From positions 68,510,001 to 68,574,000 of the forward strand of contig NC_043001.1 in the NCBI RefSeq assembly GCF_006345805.1: a stretch of 64,000 nucleotides of DNA, read 5' to 3'. Positions 25,182 through 39,651 of the stretch are shown in pieces. A model generated the notes under the pieces. The model was given only the letters and a program-made list of their open reading frames with translations. It ran no database searches and had not been told where the DNA came from. This DNA is from Octopus sinensis (Eukaryota). Both the position numbers and the translations under genes were made by a program. The stretch's first letter is position 1. Every line of letters begins with the position of its first letter.

Positions 25182-26146
25182 GTAGTAGTAGTAGTAGTAG
25201 TAGTAGCATTTTAGTATTCTATTCTATGTGTAAACGCTTCAATAATTATTTAAAAGACTGATGCCAGATATGCTGTTTATAATAACTTTTGAGACAGAAA
25301 CCACCATCTTGGAAACATCATTTCACTAAACAAAAACAATGAATAAGACAGTGAAGACAGAAGAATCAAATGGGGAGGGAACGAAAGTTTATTAGACATT
25401 ATGAAGAAGTGTGATAGCGAAAAATAGAATATAGAGAAAATGAAAGACTAGCTTGTGGAATTAGAGAGATCTATCGCGTTTTGAGCAAATATTAATAAAC
25501 TTCGATCAACAATTGAGTTTAAGATCAATTGATTTTTATTAAATAGCTTAAATCGATAATAATCACAATTCGAATAATTATTATCACTTTTGTTGCTAAC
25601 ATTAATCAAGAAACTGGTTAGGGTTGTTAGTAAATAAACACGTCTGGCAATTAATGTGAAAACATGAGAACAACAAATAATTTGACTGATTCTTCAGGTG
25701 CCAAGTGGAGAACAAATAAAGTCGAAAGTTAAAAGATTTTACTTAAAAAAAAAACAAGACAAAAACACATGTGACGCATTGTGTAAACCATAACGAAGAA
25801 CTTTTATAAAGTTTGGAATGTTCTCTATGTTTGTCTCAAACATTGTATGCATTAGATATTGTTTGAATTATTTTCTAGTCATGTTCCGAACTGGAAATTG
25901 ACCATTCATCTTTATTCTTAGAATTATCGTTACAAAGAACAAACAACAATATAGAAGTGAAGTTCCATTTCTGTCTGCTAAATACACCTCCATTGAATGA
26001 GTTTTTGAGTGTGTGGCATATTCAAAAACAGCAGTAAGGGTTCCTTAGTCCTTAACCCGCTAACATATGTATTTTCTCCGAACCGAATAATGGAACTAAT
26101 CCAGCTGTAAGTGGATACCGCGGGTACCTCTTCTTCTTCTTCTTCT

Positions 26147-26187
<41 letters not shown>

Positions 26188-27390
26188 TAACTGAAGACAT
26201 GATAGAGTTAGGCAATATTTATAGTGGTTAATATGTCGGTCGTAGTATTGAAGACGCCGCACAGTATCCAAAATGGTAATATTGTATGCTGAAGATGTTG
26301 TGTGTACTGGGGATTTGTGCTGTCTATTAGTATTAGCTCTCTCAGATAGATAGCATTTTACGCAGTATGTATGCAGTACCAAAGAAAGCCGAATTTTACA
26401 ATACACCAAGACTGAAGTGTATTTGTAAAGTGTCAAGATGTTTCTTCATTGTTCCTGATAACAGGAACAATATTAATGTTTGATTCTCGCAGTTGGCACA
26501 TCTTGGCGATCTCAATTTTCAGGTGTCCATATTTGTCGACCATTTCTCTTCCTTTCATGACAATATGTTGATCTTCTGGAACTGCCCCATCAATTATTCG
26601 GGACTCTTCTTGCCCCTCATAAAGGGTACTATATACGGACTTTAGTGCTCTAACAAATTGTCTTTCTAGAAGTCAACATTTCACTGGAATTTTGCCCTCC
26701 GGCTTTTGTCCATTAATTTTTCTGGTGTATGTTTCTACCAAGTGACCATTATCTCAAATCCATACTTTCTGCACAATGGCCAGTGACGGTTTAGGCTACC
26801 TTGTTTTGTCTGCGCTTGTACTCTTTCTGTACAAGAATGTCACAAGCCGTAACGACGTGAGTTACACTTTCGACCTGCTTCCAACACATACTTCTGAGGC
26901 TAGTTGCATTTGTTTCACTGATTTAGTATTCAATACCAAATCCTGGGCAGCGATTATCAGACTTTCAGTCTGCTTTTTAGAGCCACTTCTGCTGAACAAC
27001 ATCTATGATGCTTCGTGGCCTTTTAAGTTGTTAGTTTCGCAGTGGAAGTGATCATGTAATTCCATGCGAAGTAGTATTTCTTCTGTCTCGTTGGCTATTC
27101 GTGATCGGAATTCATTAGCTCTCTCAACTCTGTTGTAGGCAAATCCTTCGGCATTAGCAGCATACTGTAGCATGTCTTGTTTGCTGTTTATAAATACTCT
27201 CTCAAGCTTCTTCTTTCACTGTATATGCATTCCCGTACGCTTATCAAGACACGTTCAACTTTACCCATCTTCATGTACAGCCTGCGTACGTCCGCCTTAG
27301 GGTGGATGGCACCATGCATTGTCACCGTATTTCGGTTAGTGAGATCCAGTCGGTCAGTCTCCGTTTATGTCCATTTCAGAATCGATGCAC
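26147..27390 (-). pseudogene. 5'-truncated R4/Dong-like LINE (RLE-containing 3' region), decayed
   Basis: Minus strand: MHGAIHPKADVRRLY; LKKQTESLIIAAQD; EYKRRQNKVA..HW.LC.KYG; IDGAVPEDQHI..K..E.VDKYGHLKIEI; GTAYILRKML; 3' UTR then a (TAC)n tail. Confidence 0.85.
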
Positions 27391-27611
27391 TATAGAGAAC
27401 AATAACAATAGAACATATGCTGATGGCAGTCACAAGGATCCTTTCATAGAGTTTTGACTTCAAGAGAAGTTTGAAGCGCTTCAAATATGCAGTGATAACA
27501 TTGTCTTTCATTTCTCCGTAAAAGAGTTCCCTTTGCGTAGAATCCTAACATTGGGCTACAACAGGTAGCCTTAGATGCCAAGAACATTCCTATCGGGTTA
27601 CAGCAAATAAC

Positions 27612-28016
<405 letters not shown>

Positions 28017-28248
28017 TTAATAATATAGATTTAAAAATCTTATAATATACTTCTAATTCTTTCGGCAAATCAGTAGGAATTCGAAAAAAATAAGACTAAA
28101 TTATTCTGTAAAATGAATTACATACGCGTATTCATGAGTGTTTGTGTGTTTCAGTTTATTTCACAGCATATTGATGTGTGTATGCATGCATATTACAGTA
28201 TGTACACACATACACGCATATATGTATATGCATGCATATGTGTGTGTA

Positions 28249-28294
<46 letters not shown>

Positions 28295-28758
28295 AGCATA
28301 GATATATAGCTGTTTCACCGCAAGTAAATATAGAAATATATAATTATATCTTATATATATTTATATATGTACGTACACACACGGACACACGCACACAGAC
28401 ACACGTACACAGACACACAACACACACAAACGCACACACACACACGTATATACACATATGAATATATGTTATTATGTACGTGTTTCAGTGTGTGCAATTG
28501 TGCATATGAGAATCGTTCAGCTAAAATGAACTGAATAGGCAATAAATAGTTCCAAACCAAATATATTAAGCAAATTATTTTTCCATTAAGACTTATAACG
28601 TTTTCGCGAAATTTCTTAATTGATTATATGATGGCCAAACAGGAATGTGCATTAATTACGTAATTTATAATTTTCTTGCTAGAAGCTTCACAACGAAAGT
28701 TATGAAGGAATAAAGTGCAGGGGAACGGCACGTGTCTTAGGGATATATATATATATAT

Positions 28759-28801
<43 letters not shown>

Positions 28802-28829
28802 GTGTATGCTTTTCTATATAGCTATACAC

Positions 28830-29672
28830 AGACATGCATCAATACTTGAACTTTAAATCGTGCCATCCAACACATGCAAAACAATTTATATACTGCATAG
28901 ATAGAAAAATTTGCACCATTGTGGAAGATGTGAATACCAGAGACAAACGCCTAATAGAACTCAAAGAATTTCTATTCAGACAAAAATACCTATCTTTACT
29001 TTTAAAAAATGGCATACAGCGCGCTATAGATATACCCATGCACCAATTTAGATCAACCCCAAAACGAGGAAATAAAGAACAGGTAATACCATTTATAGTG
29101 ACACACAATCTGTGTCACCAGATCATCTTTAGCATTGCCAAAGCAAACTTGATCATTGCTCAAAGTAATGAATGAGAGGATTTAATTACGGATCGGGCTA
29201 TGATTCCAAGTAAAAGACAGCCGAAGAACTTGAAACAATGATTAACAAACGCGAAGTTTGATCTAAGCAACAACGACGAATTTTTCATTGATATATTGAT
29301 GCGGTATATGTCAGTTGATACATACCGGTTAATATATGAGCGGAAAAACCCGGAAGAATATTTACAAATGAAAATATGAACTGCTGCAAAAGCACAAATT
29401 TAATTTACTGCACCAAAACCCCGAATTGTGAAGAGATATACGTTGGTCAGACTGGAAATGCATTATCGGATCGTTTACGTGCGCACCGACAATATATTAG
29501 GGACCCTGATGTCCGTCAAATCCTTTTAAGCTACCATCTGGCAACATGTGGTCAGAAAAAGTTAATAATATTCCCATTCTACAAGCTACACAACTCAAGT
29601 GAAGTTGAGAAAAATGTCAGAGAAGAGAATTTTATTGATAAACTCAAATCCGTTTTAAATGGACAGTTATAG
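28830..29672 (+). pseudogene. Penelope-like element 3' fragment (RT C-terminus plus GIY-YIG endonuclease)
   Basis: HQYLNFKSCHP.H; IPFIVTHN; KRQPKNLKQ; CKSTNLIYC...C.EIYVGQTGNALSDRLRAHRQ...EENFIDKLKSVLN. Stops and frameshifts are present. Confidence 0.9.
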
Positions 29673-29946
29673 GTGATAATTATAATGATGATGGTGATGA
29701 TAATATGTACTATTGCTATTACTACTGATACCAACGCCACCACTGACAACAGCAATAATAAAGGTGACGGTAAGGATCGTAGTAGTGTTGATCATATGAA
29801 CATGGATTTGATTGAAATCTCTGGAAAAGTAACAATAAAATTCAATGAAAACAAGAATGTTACTCACAACATTCACAATTATTCCTTATTCTTAGTCTCA
29901 TGCATATCTGTTGTGCGTCATGCACATTTCTGTTCAGTCATATACA

Positions 29947-29981
<35 letters not shown>

Positions 29982-29985
29982 TCAC

Positions 29986-30032
<47 letters not shown>

Positions 30033-30034
30033 TG

Positions 30035-30084
<50 letters not shown>

Positions 30085-30127
30085 AGCAAAAATTCTAGTT
30101 CAAAAATCTCTCTAAGAGATCAACGCA

Positions 30128-30417
30128 TGTGTGTTTTTGATTTATGCACAAGAAACAGAAATAAATTAATATAATAATAAATTGAGATAATTTGGCAGTC
30201 CGGAGAAATAGAATAAGTACCAGTGTTTTTTTAAATGTACTTTGGTTAATTTGTTCGATTAAACCCTTCAAGGTGGTACTTCTGTGGAGTGGTCGTCTAA
30301 TGACTGAAACAAGTTAAATATAATAGAACCACAAACTACGTAGTTGTGGATTAGACTTCTTAAACTCGGTCACATGTCTATGGTTATAAATAATCTGCAG
30401 GGATAAAATACTCAGTA
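30128..30417 (+). repeat. Local segmental duplication, copy 1 (copy 2 at 33524-33823)
   Basis: About 290 vs 300 bp direct copies with a few substitutions and small indels; both include the same SINE-remnant/flank junction. Confidence 0.92.
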
Positions 30418-30853
30418 ATATTCGTAGCCACATTAACATGGTTGTCCGTTCGAGCGGACTCTACTGCGATATTCTAACCCCAAGGAAACATTTCCTCTAG
30501 CTGGTTAACGTTGCACAGCTGCATTCGATAAATTGCAAACAATTTTACCGGTTGAGTTAGCATCTCGGTTAAATCTAACCAATGAGGAGATAGATGCAAA
30601 CATTAATCAAGAATTGGGGTAGTTAATTAACTATACCCATTCAACGGGAAGTTTTTTTCTTGCTTACTACTAATGAAAGATTAATATATTTTCCATTATT
30701 ACACATCAATAGAATAAGTAGAAACAATCACTGCCTAGGTTCAGATTTTATAAGCACTAAGCTGTTATTCATTTGCCGAACCCAGAGAAAATGATTCCTC
30801 ACCGCTATTTATATACGATGACTGTCCAATATATATATATATATATATATAAT

Positions 30854-30906
<53 letters not shown>

Positions 30907-30959
30907 GAAACGAAAATCTTTGAAAAAATAAAGTTATTGCTTCACTTACAATTCGATAA

Positions 30960-31900
30960 GTCCACTCTATTTCAAACTAGTGGCCACCATTTCTGATAAG
31001 TCCCTCTCAAAGTGTTTTGCTAGAATTATATTACGTTATGTGACACTTTTCAAGCTTGGTGGGTATTTCTTTTGTGAATATACTTTTATAATTTTGTTTC
31101 CTATCTCCTGCAATGGGCCAAATTTTCTACTAGCTTTTTTAATTTTGAACCGAAATATACCCAAGAACGTGCTTATTCTGTAAAGTAGGGCGATTGAGGG
31201 ACAAGAGGCTTCTCTTGCAATTCTAAATCGTCAAGGATAATGCATGTCCTGCACGTTACGTGGTACATCATCCTTATTTTGTTTCCGATGTATCAAATTC
31301 CCTTTTTCACATTGCTTCTCGCCAACGCTTCAGGACAATTTAGTAAACCACTTTATCTGTCCAATGGGACCTTAGAATATACATATGAATAATTATAAAA
31401 GACCTTCATTTTTCTTTTTCTTTTTAGTAGTGATAACGATATCGTAACCACACAACCACAGCTCATTCTTATGTCACTTCTGAAAAAAATGTTTTCATTA
31501 GAACTCGAAAGAAACAAAGCAACTGATTGAGGGTGACACGGTTTCATTTTCCTTCCTATGCAAACAAATGCGGTACATGTTTTGCAGCAACATAATCTGT
31601 CTTTTGACGTCGTTATATAGCAAGAGCTTTTACAGAAGATTGCTTTGGAGGAACTTCATAGACAATTATGTGACAATTTTTCGTGTAAAACAGCTCGTGG
31701 TTTTGCAACGTAATCGCCATCCGGCACTGTGGAAAGGCGCCAAGAATTGCGATCGCCTTTGGTAAATATATCTTCTGATTTAAAACGTCGACAATACTCG
31801 AGACATTGATTACGACTCAAGAAATCCATTGTTATAAAATTCAGTAAAGTTTTTCCACTTTGAAATTAAAATTTCCCAGAAATAAGTTGCTCTTATATAT
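30960..31900 (-). pseudogene. Heavily decayed mariner transposase
   Basis: Minus-strand pieces LSRNQCLEYCRRFKS (HTH, cf. LSR.QCFEW..RFK), ELWLCGYD (cf. DETW.Y.YD), VLKRWREAM, VPQSPY (cf. HPPYSPDL). Confidence 0.65.
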
Positions 31901-32004
31901 AGATTATTTTTCAAGTTGTATTAATCATCAAATTACTTAATCACTAATTGGCATAGTGCGATATAGATGTTAGCATAGTGAAGATATATCAAGGTCACTC
32001 ATAC

Positions 32005-32073
32005 ATTCTCCTGCAATCGTGAACACGTTGCCCCAGCTGAAGACAGGTTCTTTTGGAAATGCCGGTGTAGGAT
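32005..32073 (-). other. Candidate isolated 69-nt exon
   Basis: Minus strand ttcttatccgattttgcag | 69 nt | gtatga. Length is divisible by 3, the frames are open, and the stretch is GC-richer than its flanks. No protein similarity recognised. Confidence 0.2.
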
Positions 32074-32520
32074 CTGCAAAATCGGATAGAACTAAACAGG
32101 CTTATCTAACCTGCATATAATTAAAAGACTTAGCAATGAGAATTGGTTTATAATAGAATAAACTTGGTGCTAATGTAAAGTAAACTTACAAGCTTATGCT
32201 TTAATAATCATAGGTGTTAGTCTTATAGGGAAGATTTGTGAGATCGTTCTCTTTTCTCGACAACAGAGAAAAACCCGTTGCTTTGCAGTGAGATAAAAAT
32301 ATGTATTTAGTAACAGTACATTCTCTTGAGTTAAACTGAATGTGTGTACACATACAGAAGTATGTACATGCGCAGGGAAAATATGTATGTATGTATTTAT
32401 GTATATATGCATGCGTGCACGCATGTATGTGCGTATGTATGTAATTATAGTACGTATATGTGTATGATATACAGTAATATTTTGTGTTTATTAATGAAAA
32501 TATCTATATGCATTCACTTA

Positions 32521-32570
<50 letters not shown>

Positions 32571-33523
32571 CACACACACATAAATACTTCCCCCCACCAA
32601 TTTATTTTCTCCACATTCATGAATAATAACACTACAAAATGCTAATAAATAATTCACAAAAAATATACAAGTCACAATTAATTATCAAATCGTTTTCCAC
32701 TTAGAGCAAGAAGCAAATATTACGCCGAGACAAGAACTAAATTACAAAATGCAAATAGATTTTCACATTTATAAAACGTCAAGTATTTTCTAATTTAAAT
32801 CTCGTATTTGTTTACTTCAACATTTTAGATTGATTTCATTTTATGCAGAATATATACGTGCATAATTGCTTTATGTTTTACGAGTATACTGTGTATGTCA
32901 GAAGATTCACATTAATCGTTTGGAGAACATATAAAGAGAGTGAACTAGCAGACGTTGAGAATTGAAACTTGGTAGTTTTCTGAATTTCATTCCCATATAC
33001 TTCAGCTACCATACAACAGTATCATTATATGTATGTATATATATATATATATATATATAATCTTTTACTTGTTTCAGTCATTTGACTGCGCCCATGCTGG
33101 AGCACCACCTTTAGTCGAGCAAATGGATCCCAGGACTTATACTTATATATATATATATATATATATCTATATATATAGGCGTAAAGTTGCGATGGTATGA
33201 ATGTAGTACTTGTATATAATGTATGATGAATTTATGGAATGAAGTAAAGTCCCATAAATCCCATCTATTTTGTTAAGAATGGAGAAAATAAAATGTTAAA
33301 ATTTATAAAATTCATAAGAAGTTTAATTCTTGCAGACGATCGTTTCGTACAGAAATATAATAGCATACATTCATAATTGAATTAAATTAAATAAGTATCA
33401 ACTTACTCTTCAGTACAGGAAGGAAAGAAAACATAATTCAAGGAACGTTATATTTTTTATTCGAAAACCTTGACAATTATTATATATTTAACTTTAGCCT
33501 ACTTACTAATTACATTGCATGCG

Positions 33524-33823
33524 TGTGTGTTTTTGATTTATGCACAACAATAAACAGAAATAAATTAATATAATAAATTGAGATAATTTGGCAGTTCGGA
33601 GAAATAGAGAAGAATAGAATAAGTACCAGTGTTTTTTTAAATGTACTTTGGTTAATTTGTTCGATTAAACCCTTCAAGGCGGTACTTCTGTGGAGTGGTC
33701 GTCTAATGACTGAAACAAGTTAAATATAATAGAACCACAAACTACGTATTTGTTGATTAGACTTCTTAAACTCGGTCACATGTCTATGGTTATAAATAAT
33801 CTGCAGGGATAAAATACTCAGTA
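33524..33823 (+). repeat. Local segmental duplication, copy 2
   Basis: See 30128-30417. Confidence 0.92.
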
Positions 33824-35679
33824 TTATCATCTATTGCTCAGACCTTTCCACGATACTGAATAAACAAATGAATTTACTACAATACAGTAAGATAGACTAC
33901 GAAGGGGCGACAATTTCCTATCGCAACACCAATGAGGCATCAGATACCTATGTTTTTTGTCGCATTGTATATAGTTTTACAATAAACAGAAGGCTTGAAA
34001 ACATATTACTAATACTTATTCTGTCATTAAAATTAGCAGCATTGGCGCTATGGTACACAGGCGGTAGAATCTGTGTACCTAGTATGTATTAGATCACGCA
34101 TGGGAAACATACGTTATCTCTGGACATCATTTTAAACGGGAAATGTTATATAAATAGCTCTCTCAAGCCTAAGGATACTAATAATATTTACCTGCTTCTT
34201 GACGTTTCTGCAGCTGATGTCAGGGTAGTTGTTGGTAGAATAACTGGAAAAACAAAATCAAATATTTGATGGAAGATATTTATTATCGAGATATAGATAA
34301 ATACAAGAATAAACACCGAAGAGTTATTTGATGTTTATGCCGCCATCATAAAACGGAGGAATATACTGCATAAAGCTGATATGAGTAGAACGTGTCATGA
34401 AAGGAATCTATGATTCCGGCAGGATTGTCAACCAACTAGTGTCTATTCCTTACAGAGGTTTCTTTAATGACGCGAAACGAAGTGATTGGCTTGACGTTTT
34501 TAGAGAAGGCACTTTTAAATGAAACTCTTTGATAAAACAACAACATCGACCAAACAACACATTTTAATATTTTATATATATGGATGTATAGGTTAACTAT
34601 CAGTTCATGCAGCCATTCTTTAATTGGAGTGACTTGATGTAATAAATGATATAAAAAGGAGCTAAAAGTTTTAATTGATTAACGGAGCACAATCTTAAGT
34701 TTAACGATTCATTTTAATATTTAAGGGACAGAGTCAACGTCTATTGAAAAGGTTGCATGTTGCAACGAAAATTTTAGGAAAAATAAATAAGTAAATGAGT
34801 GGAAACTTTACCGGTGAGTGTGTTAAATAATAAGACACTAAAAGAGAATGACTCTCCCCAGGCACAACAACTTAATACGCAACGTTTAATATCTAATCTT
34901 TGCTAAACACGCTATCAGTGTAAGTGAAGGGGTTATGTCTGCGGTATGGAAACCCATCGGAACAGGATAAATAATCAAGATACAAATTAGACCTAAAGAG
35001 CTAACGACGAAGCTCCACGTAGTCGTTTGTAATTTCAGTAATAATTATCAAACATCCTACAGACTATTTTCTTAAAGCTGTGAAGAATCTTATTGGATAA
35101 TAAGTTCAAAAATATTCCTACATGAAGACGAGATAACCAATTCTGGATGGCTTTTTGCCATAGGTTTGGTAAATAACAACAATAGGGAGCGCTTCTATAT
35201 GGTAGAGGGATCACGTAGAAATCAAGGACAGCAGTTAAATATCTAAAATCCTTTGTATCTAAATATCACAATCTTAAACTATGAATGACACGTTTAGTAA
35301 TGATGTTATTGATGCTCTTCCTATAATAACAAGATGGCCATATCTGGAAGAATCCAAGCCATGAGTCTCAATAAGGAAGCCTTTTTTGGGTTGACTAAAA
35401 AAAAAAGCGACAGCGCATCATTGTGAGTGACTCTTAGTGGTCGCTCCACTATCTTGAAATAGCAGTCAAATATTCCCTAACACATCATAAAAGTCGACTG
35501 GGTCATGTGATTATAGGTGCAATTATATCTGAATAGAAACAAGAAAAAAGATGGCTACCTATTGAACGCCTATGGGCAATAAGTGGACTAAAGCAGAGCA
35601 GTCTTGAAGCTTAACAGCTAAAAGCAGTAATTTCCCCGAAGAAAAACAACAACAAAACAATAATAATTCTACCAAAGGC

Positions 35680-36080
35680 ACAAGGTCTGAAATTTTGTGG
35701 GGATGGGGGTTCGTCGATTACGTTAACGCCAGTGTTCAACTGGGGATTATTTTATTGAAACCCAAAGGTTAAATCGGCCTCGGTGGAATTTGAACCCAGC
35801 ATGCTAAGACGGAGGAAATGCCGCTAAACATTTTGTCTGAGTTGTTAACGATTCTGCCAGGTGGCTGCCTTGAAGACAATAATAATGATTTTAGATTTTG
35901 GCACAAGGCCAGCAAATTCGAGGTAGGAGTAAGTCGATTACATCACCCTCAGTGTTCAACTTGTACTTATTTTATTCACTCCGAAAGGCTAAGTCGACCT
36001 CGGTGGAATTTGAAATCAGAACCTGAAGAGGGAAACATTTTGACCGGTGTATTAACGATTCTGCCAGTTCGCTGCCTTGA
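35680..36080 (-). mobile_element. Two adjacent diverged SINE copies
   Basis: Two blocks (about 35680-35875 and 35895-36080) each read ggcacaagg...gtcgattac...cctcggtggaatttgaa...aacgattctgccag..gctgcctt, the reverse complement of the 36423 family. Confidence 0.75.
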
Positions 36081-36422
36081 TGGTAACAAGAATAATAATA
36101 ACAATAGCAAGAACCACAAAGACAGTAATTATTTTTTGGTGTCAAATAGTATGATTTAAAGCAGAAACGCAACAGTAGCCCATTTAATTAAAGTGACAAG
36201 CTGCAACACCTTGTAGCTTTGTATTCTCTGAAAAACTCTTAAAGTTGAAACGAATAAATATTATACCATCTTCATCTAAATTCACTTGCCACACCTTTCA
36301 TTTTATAATATCAATAACACTTTCAATAGTTTTGATTTGATTTTCACTCATTTAAAAATGCATTTTAGACATTAGTATCATAATACCAATCCGTTATCAC
36401 TTGTCATTATTATCACCATCAC

Positions 36423-36995
36423 AAAGGCGGTGTGCTGGCAGAAACATTAGCATGCCGGGCGAAATGTTTAGCAGTATTTCGTCTGCCGCTACGTTCTGAG
36501 TTCAAATTCTGCCGAGGACAACTTTGCCTTTCATCCTTTCAGGGTCGACTAAATAAGTACCAGTTACGTACTGGGGTCGATATAATCGACTTAATCCGTT
36601 TGTCTGTCCTTGTTTGTCCTCTCTGTGTTTAACCCCTTGTGGGTAGTAAAGAAATAGGTATTTCGTCTGCCGTTACGTTCTGAGTTCAAATTCCGCTGAG
36701 GTCGACCTTGCCTTTCATCCTTTCGGGGTCGATAAATTAAGTACCAGTTACGCACTGGGGTCTATATAATCGACTTAATCCGTTTGTCTGTCTTTGTTTG
36801 TCCTCTCTATGTTTAGCCCCTTGTGGGTAATAAAGAAATAGGTATTTCGTCTGTCGCTACGTTCTGAGTTCAAATTTCGGAGATGTCGACGCTGCTTTCA
36901 TCCTTTCGGAATCGATAAATTAAGTACCTGTAAAACATGGGGTCGATGTAACCGACTAGTCCCCTTCCTCCAAAATTTCCAAGGCCTTATGGCTA
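36423..36995 (+). mobile_element. tRNA-derived SINE with one head and a tandemly repeated 184-bp body (about 3 units)
   Basis: Single head aaggcggtgtgctggcagaaac...; gtatttcgtctg recurs at 36474, 36658 and 36842 (period 184); core gcctttcatcctttcggggtcgataaattaagtaccag. Confidence 0.9.
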
Positions 36996-38367
36996 GGGTA
37001 GAAATAATTATTATCATCATCGCATTCATCACAATCAACATCTTCATCATCAGCAACTGAACTCCCCCATCACCACTATCATCATCCTCATCACCATCAT
37101 TATCGTCATGATTGTCATTGCCACAATCATTCCCTTCACTGTTTCTGTTGCCATCGTTTATGTTATTCATAACATTATCAAGTACCATCCTGACTTCTAC
37201 AACAATGAATCTATAACTAATTCATTCCTTCTCTAGTCCCACTCCTAGTCTGCATCATAACTTTATTTCTCAGCACCATGATCATCATCATCACTGCCAC
37301 CATGATCATTCTGCTCTTCCACTTCAAAACTGACATCATCTTAATCAACTTTGCTTTTCATTATTATTTTCTAGCCACCATATGCGTCATTCCTTTAATG
37401 CAGATGAGCAATCATCACTAGCGGCTTTTAGTCTAACTACAAGCATTTTTCTATATAATATATTATCTCCTGTTTTGGAGTTCAAGCCCTGTTCGAGGAG
37501 TGTTTTGCAATTCACCTCCTCGGTGAATTTAACTTTGGAAATAATGAAGTTTTTTTCAGCTATCATAGTATTTTTTTTTATTAGCTTTGAGTGAAAAAAC
37601 GTGTGACCAAAGGTTTCCTATTGCTGTCAGGTTTCTATTCAGAAATAATGTCTGGAGGTCAACTCCTTCCAACACATCCTTCCTCTTTTAAGACGTTTGG
37701 GTGTAATTTGATGCTGAAATGTTGCTCTTTCTACAATGTATCATTGTTGTCATCGTCGTTACCTCCACCACCACCCCTACCAACATCGTTATCATTTCAT
37801 CAGTATTAGGTCGAACTACTCGGATTCAGATGATCTTGATCCTCCACCCACATTTCTCTTCTATCATATGTAAAGATAGTTCCTCTCAGTGACATCCAGA
37901 ATCACCTCTTAACTTATCAACGTATGTCTTCATATGGCATCCAATGCAATTTTGACCATACGAAGGCGTTTTAGCGTTTTAGCTGCTTTCTTGAGAAACT
38001 CTTATGTAGCAGTTGCTGCTTCCATGCTCTCTTGATTTATTTGGATCTTGCACCTGATCCTCCACTCACATACCTGTCCACTTTTCCTTGTATATCTTGT
38101 AGGGTTAGGAGATGATCGCTTTCGCCTCGATGTTGATTAGGATGGCCACAACAGCCGGCTGATATTTTTGACTGTTACTAACCTACTTTGTTTGGGGTAA
38201 AACCTAGTCTCATTTTTATTGCCCTTTAGGGAATGCTTTTCGTTTCCAATTTAGCTGAAAAATTTACTCATATTATGTCGATCTCAGTAACTCTTACCAC
38301 ATAGGTTTCGAATGCCAGACTGACTTCCGACACGTTTCTCTTAGTTTCTATATCACTCACTTCAGCT

Positions 38368-38453
<86 letters not shown>

Positions 38454-39316
38454 TATATTTATATACAAATACATAGGTATTTATGGCTATGTATTTATAT
38501 ATAATTATTCTTCTACATGCTTCGTAGAGAATTGATTCAGGCACATCCAAAGACGATGTTCTTCCAATTTTTTTCCACACGTTTCCTACCAGTGTCCGAC
38601 AGCTTGATTATTTCAGAAGCTAGATTAAGTGTCGTGAGAGTCCAAGGTTTATAATCTTTTAGTTTTGCTGAAAACTGTGCTGCTGGTAATAGTGCATGTT
38701 TTTAATTACTGCTATTTGTGGTTGATGTCGACAAGTCGGGTCAGTAGTAGTGGAGATGATGTTGGTGGTGGCGGTAATGGATTTCGTTGTTCGTTTTGTC
38801 ATTACTATTGTTGTCGTCATCGTTGATGCTGTTGCCTTCCTTTATTGTTGCAATGGCCGTAGCACTTATATTGGTGGTGACGCTGGTGGTGGCAGCGGCA
38901 ATAGCAATAATGATATGATCCCTTACCGCTATTTTATTGTTGTTGTAGTTGTCACTATCATTACCACCTCTGGTAGTGTTGATGAGCGTGCAGCTAAGGT
39001 TGTTGTCAGCGATTAACAGTGAGAAGGTGTTGCAATAAATGCTATCAACAGCTATCTTCTTTCTCCATTGTAATTTTTAAAATTCAATCACCATGATTTG
39101 AAATTTTGAAAAAATAAAATGTAAAGTTAGGATGTAAAATAATTTACAGATATTCCTCAAACAACTGAAAGCTAAGCAGAATGAGCCATTTCCTACGATA
39201 CTGGTGGCTTTACTAAGGCAACATTACAGCAATTTCTATGAAAGGGTCCGCTGAAACAAGCTAGTACACTTACGCAGGATCTTGTGGGTGTCGTTAATAG
39301 CGAAGCTAAATGTAGA

Positions 39317-39375
<59 letters not shown>

Positions 39376-39399
39376 CGCAAGGAATAATAGGAATAATAA

Positions 39400-39600
39400 T
39401 GCTTTCAAATTTTGGCACAATGTCAGCAACTTTTTGATGAGGTGAGTCTAGTGGTATACATAGACCCCAGTGTTCAACAGTTACTTACTTTATCGAGCAC
39501 GAAAGGATGAAAGGCGGAAATTGAACTCAGAGCAAGAAGACGGACGAAATGCCGCTAAGCATCTCTGTCCGGCGTGCTAACGGTTTTGTCCGCTCGCCGC
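39400..39600 (-). mobile_element. SINE copy (36423 family)
   Basis: tttcaaattttggcacaa...gaaaggatgaaaggc...gaactcaga...gacgaaatgccgctaagc...gctcgccgc. Confidence 0.75.
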
Positions 39601-39651
39601 TATCAACAAATGTCAACAACAACAACAACAATAAGAATAATGATAATAATA

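Noticed and set aside
36474-36995. Regularly spaced repeats as a possible CRISPR-like array (also 7085-7340 and 50512-50573)
   Set aside because: The units are contiguous tandem copies without unique spacers, there are no cas genes, and the context is eukaryotic.
38280-38365. Minus-strand cgaaacctatgtggtaagag as a hammerhead 3' half
   Set aside because: No matching CUGANGA or stem I upstream.
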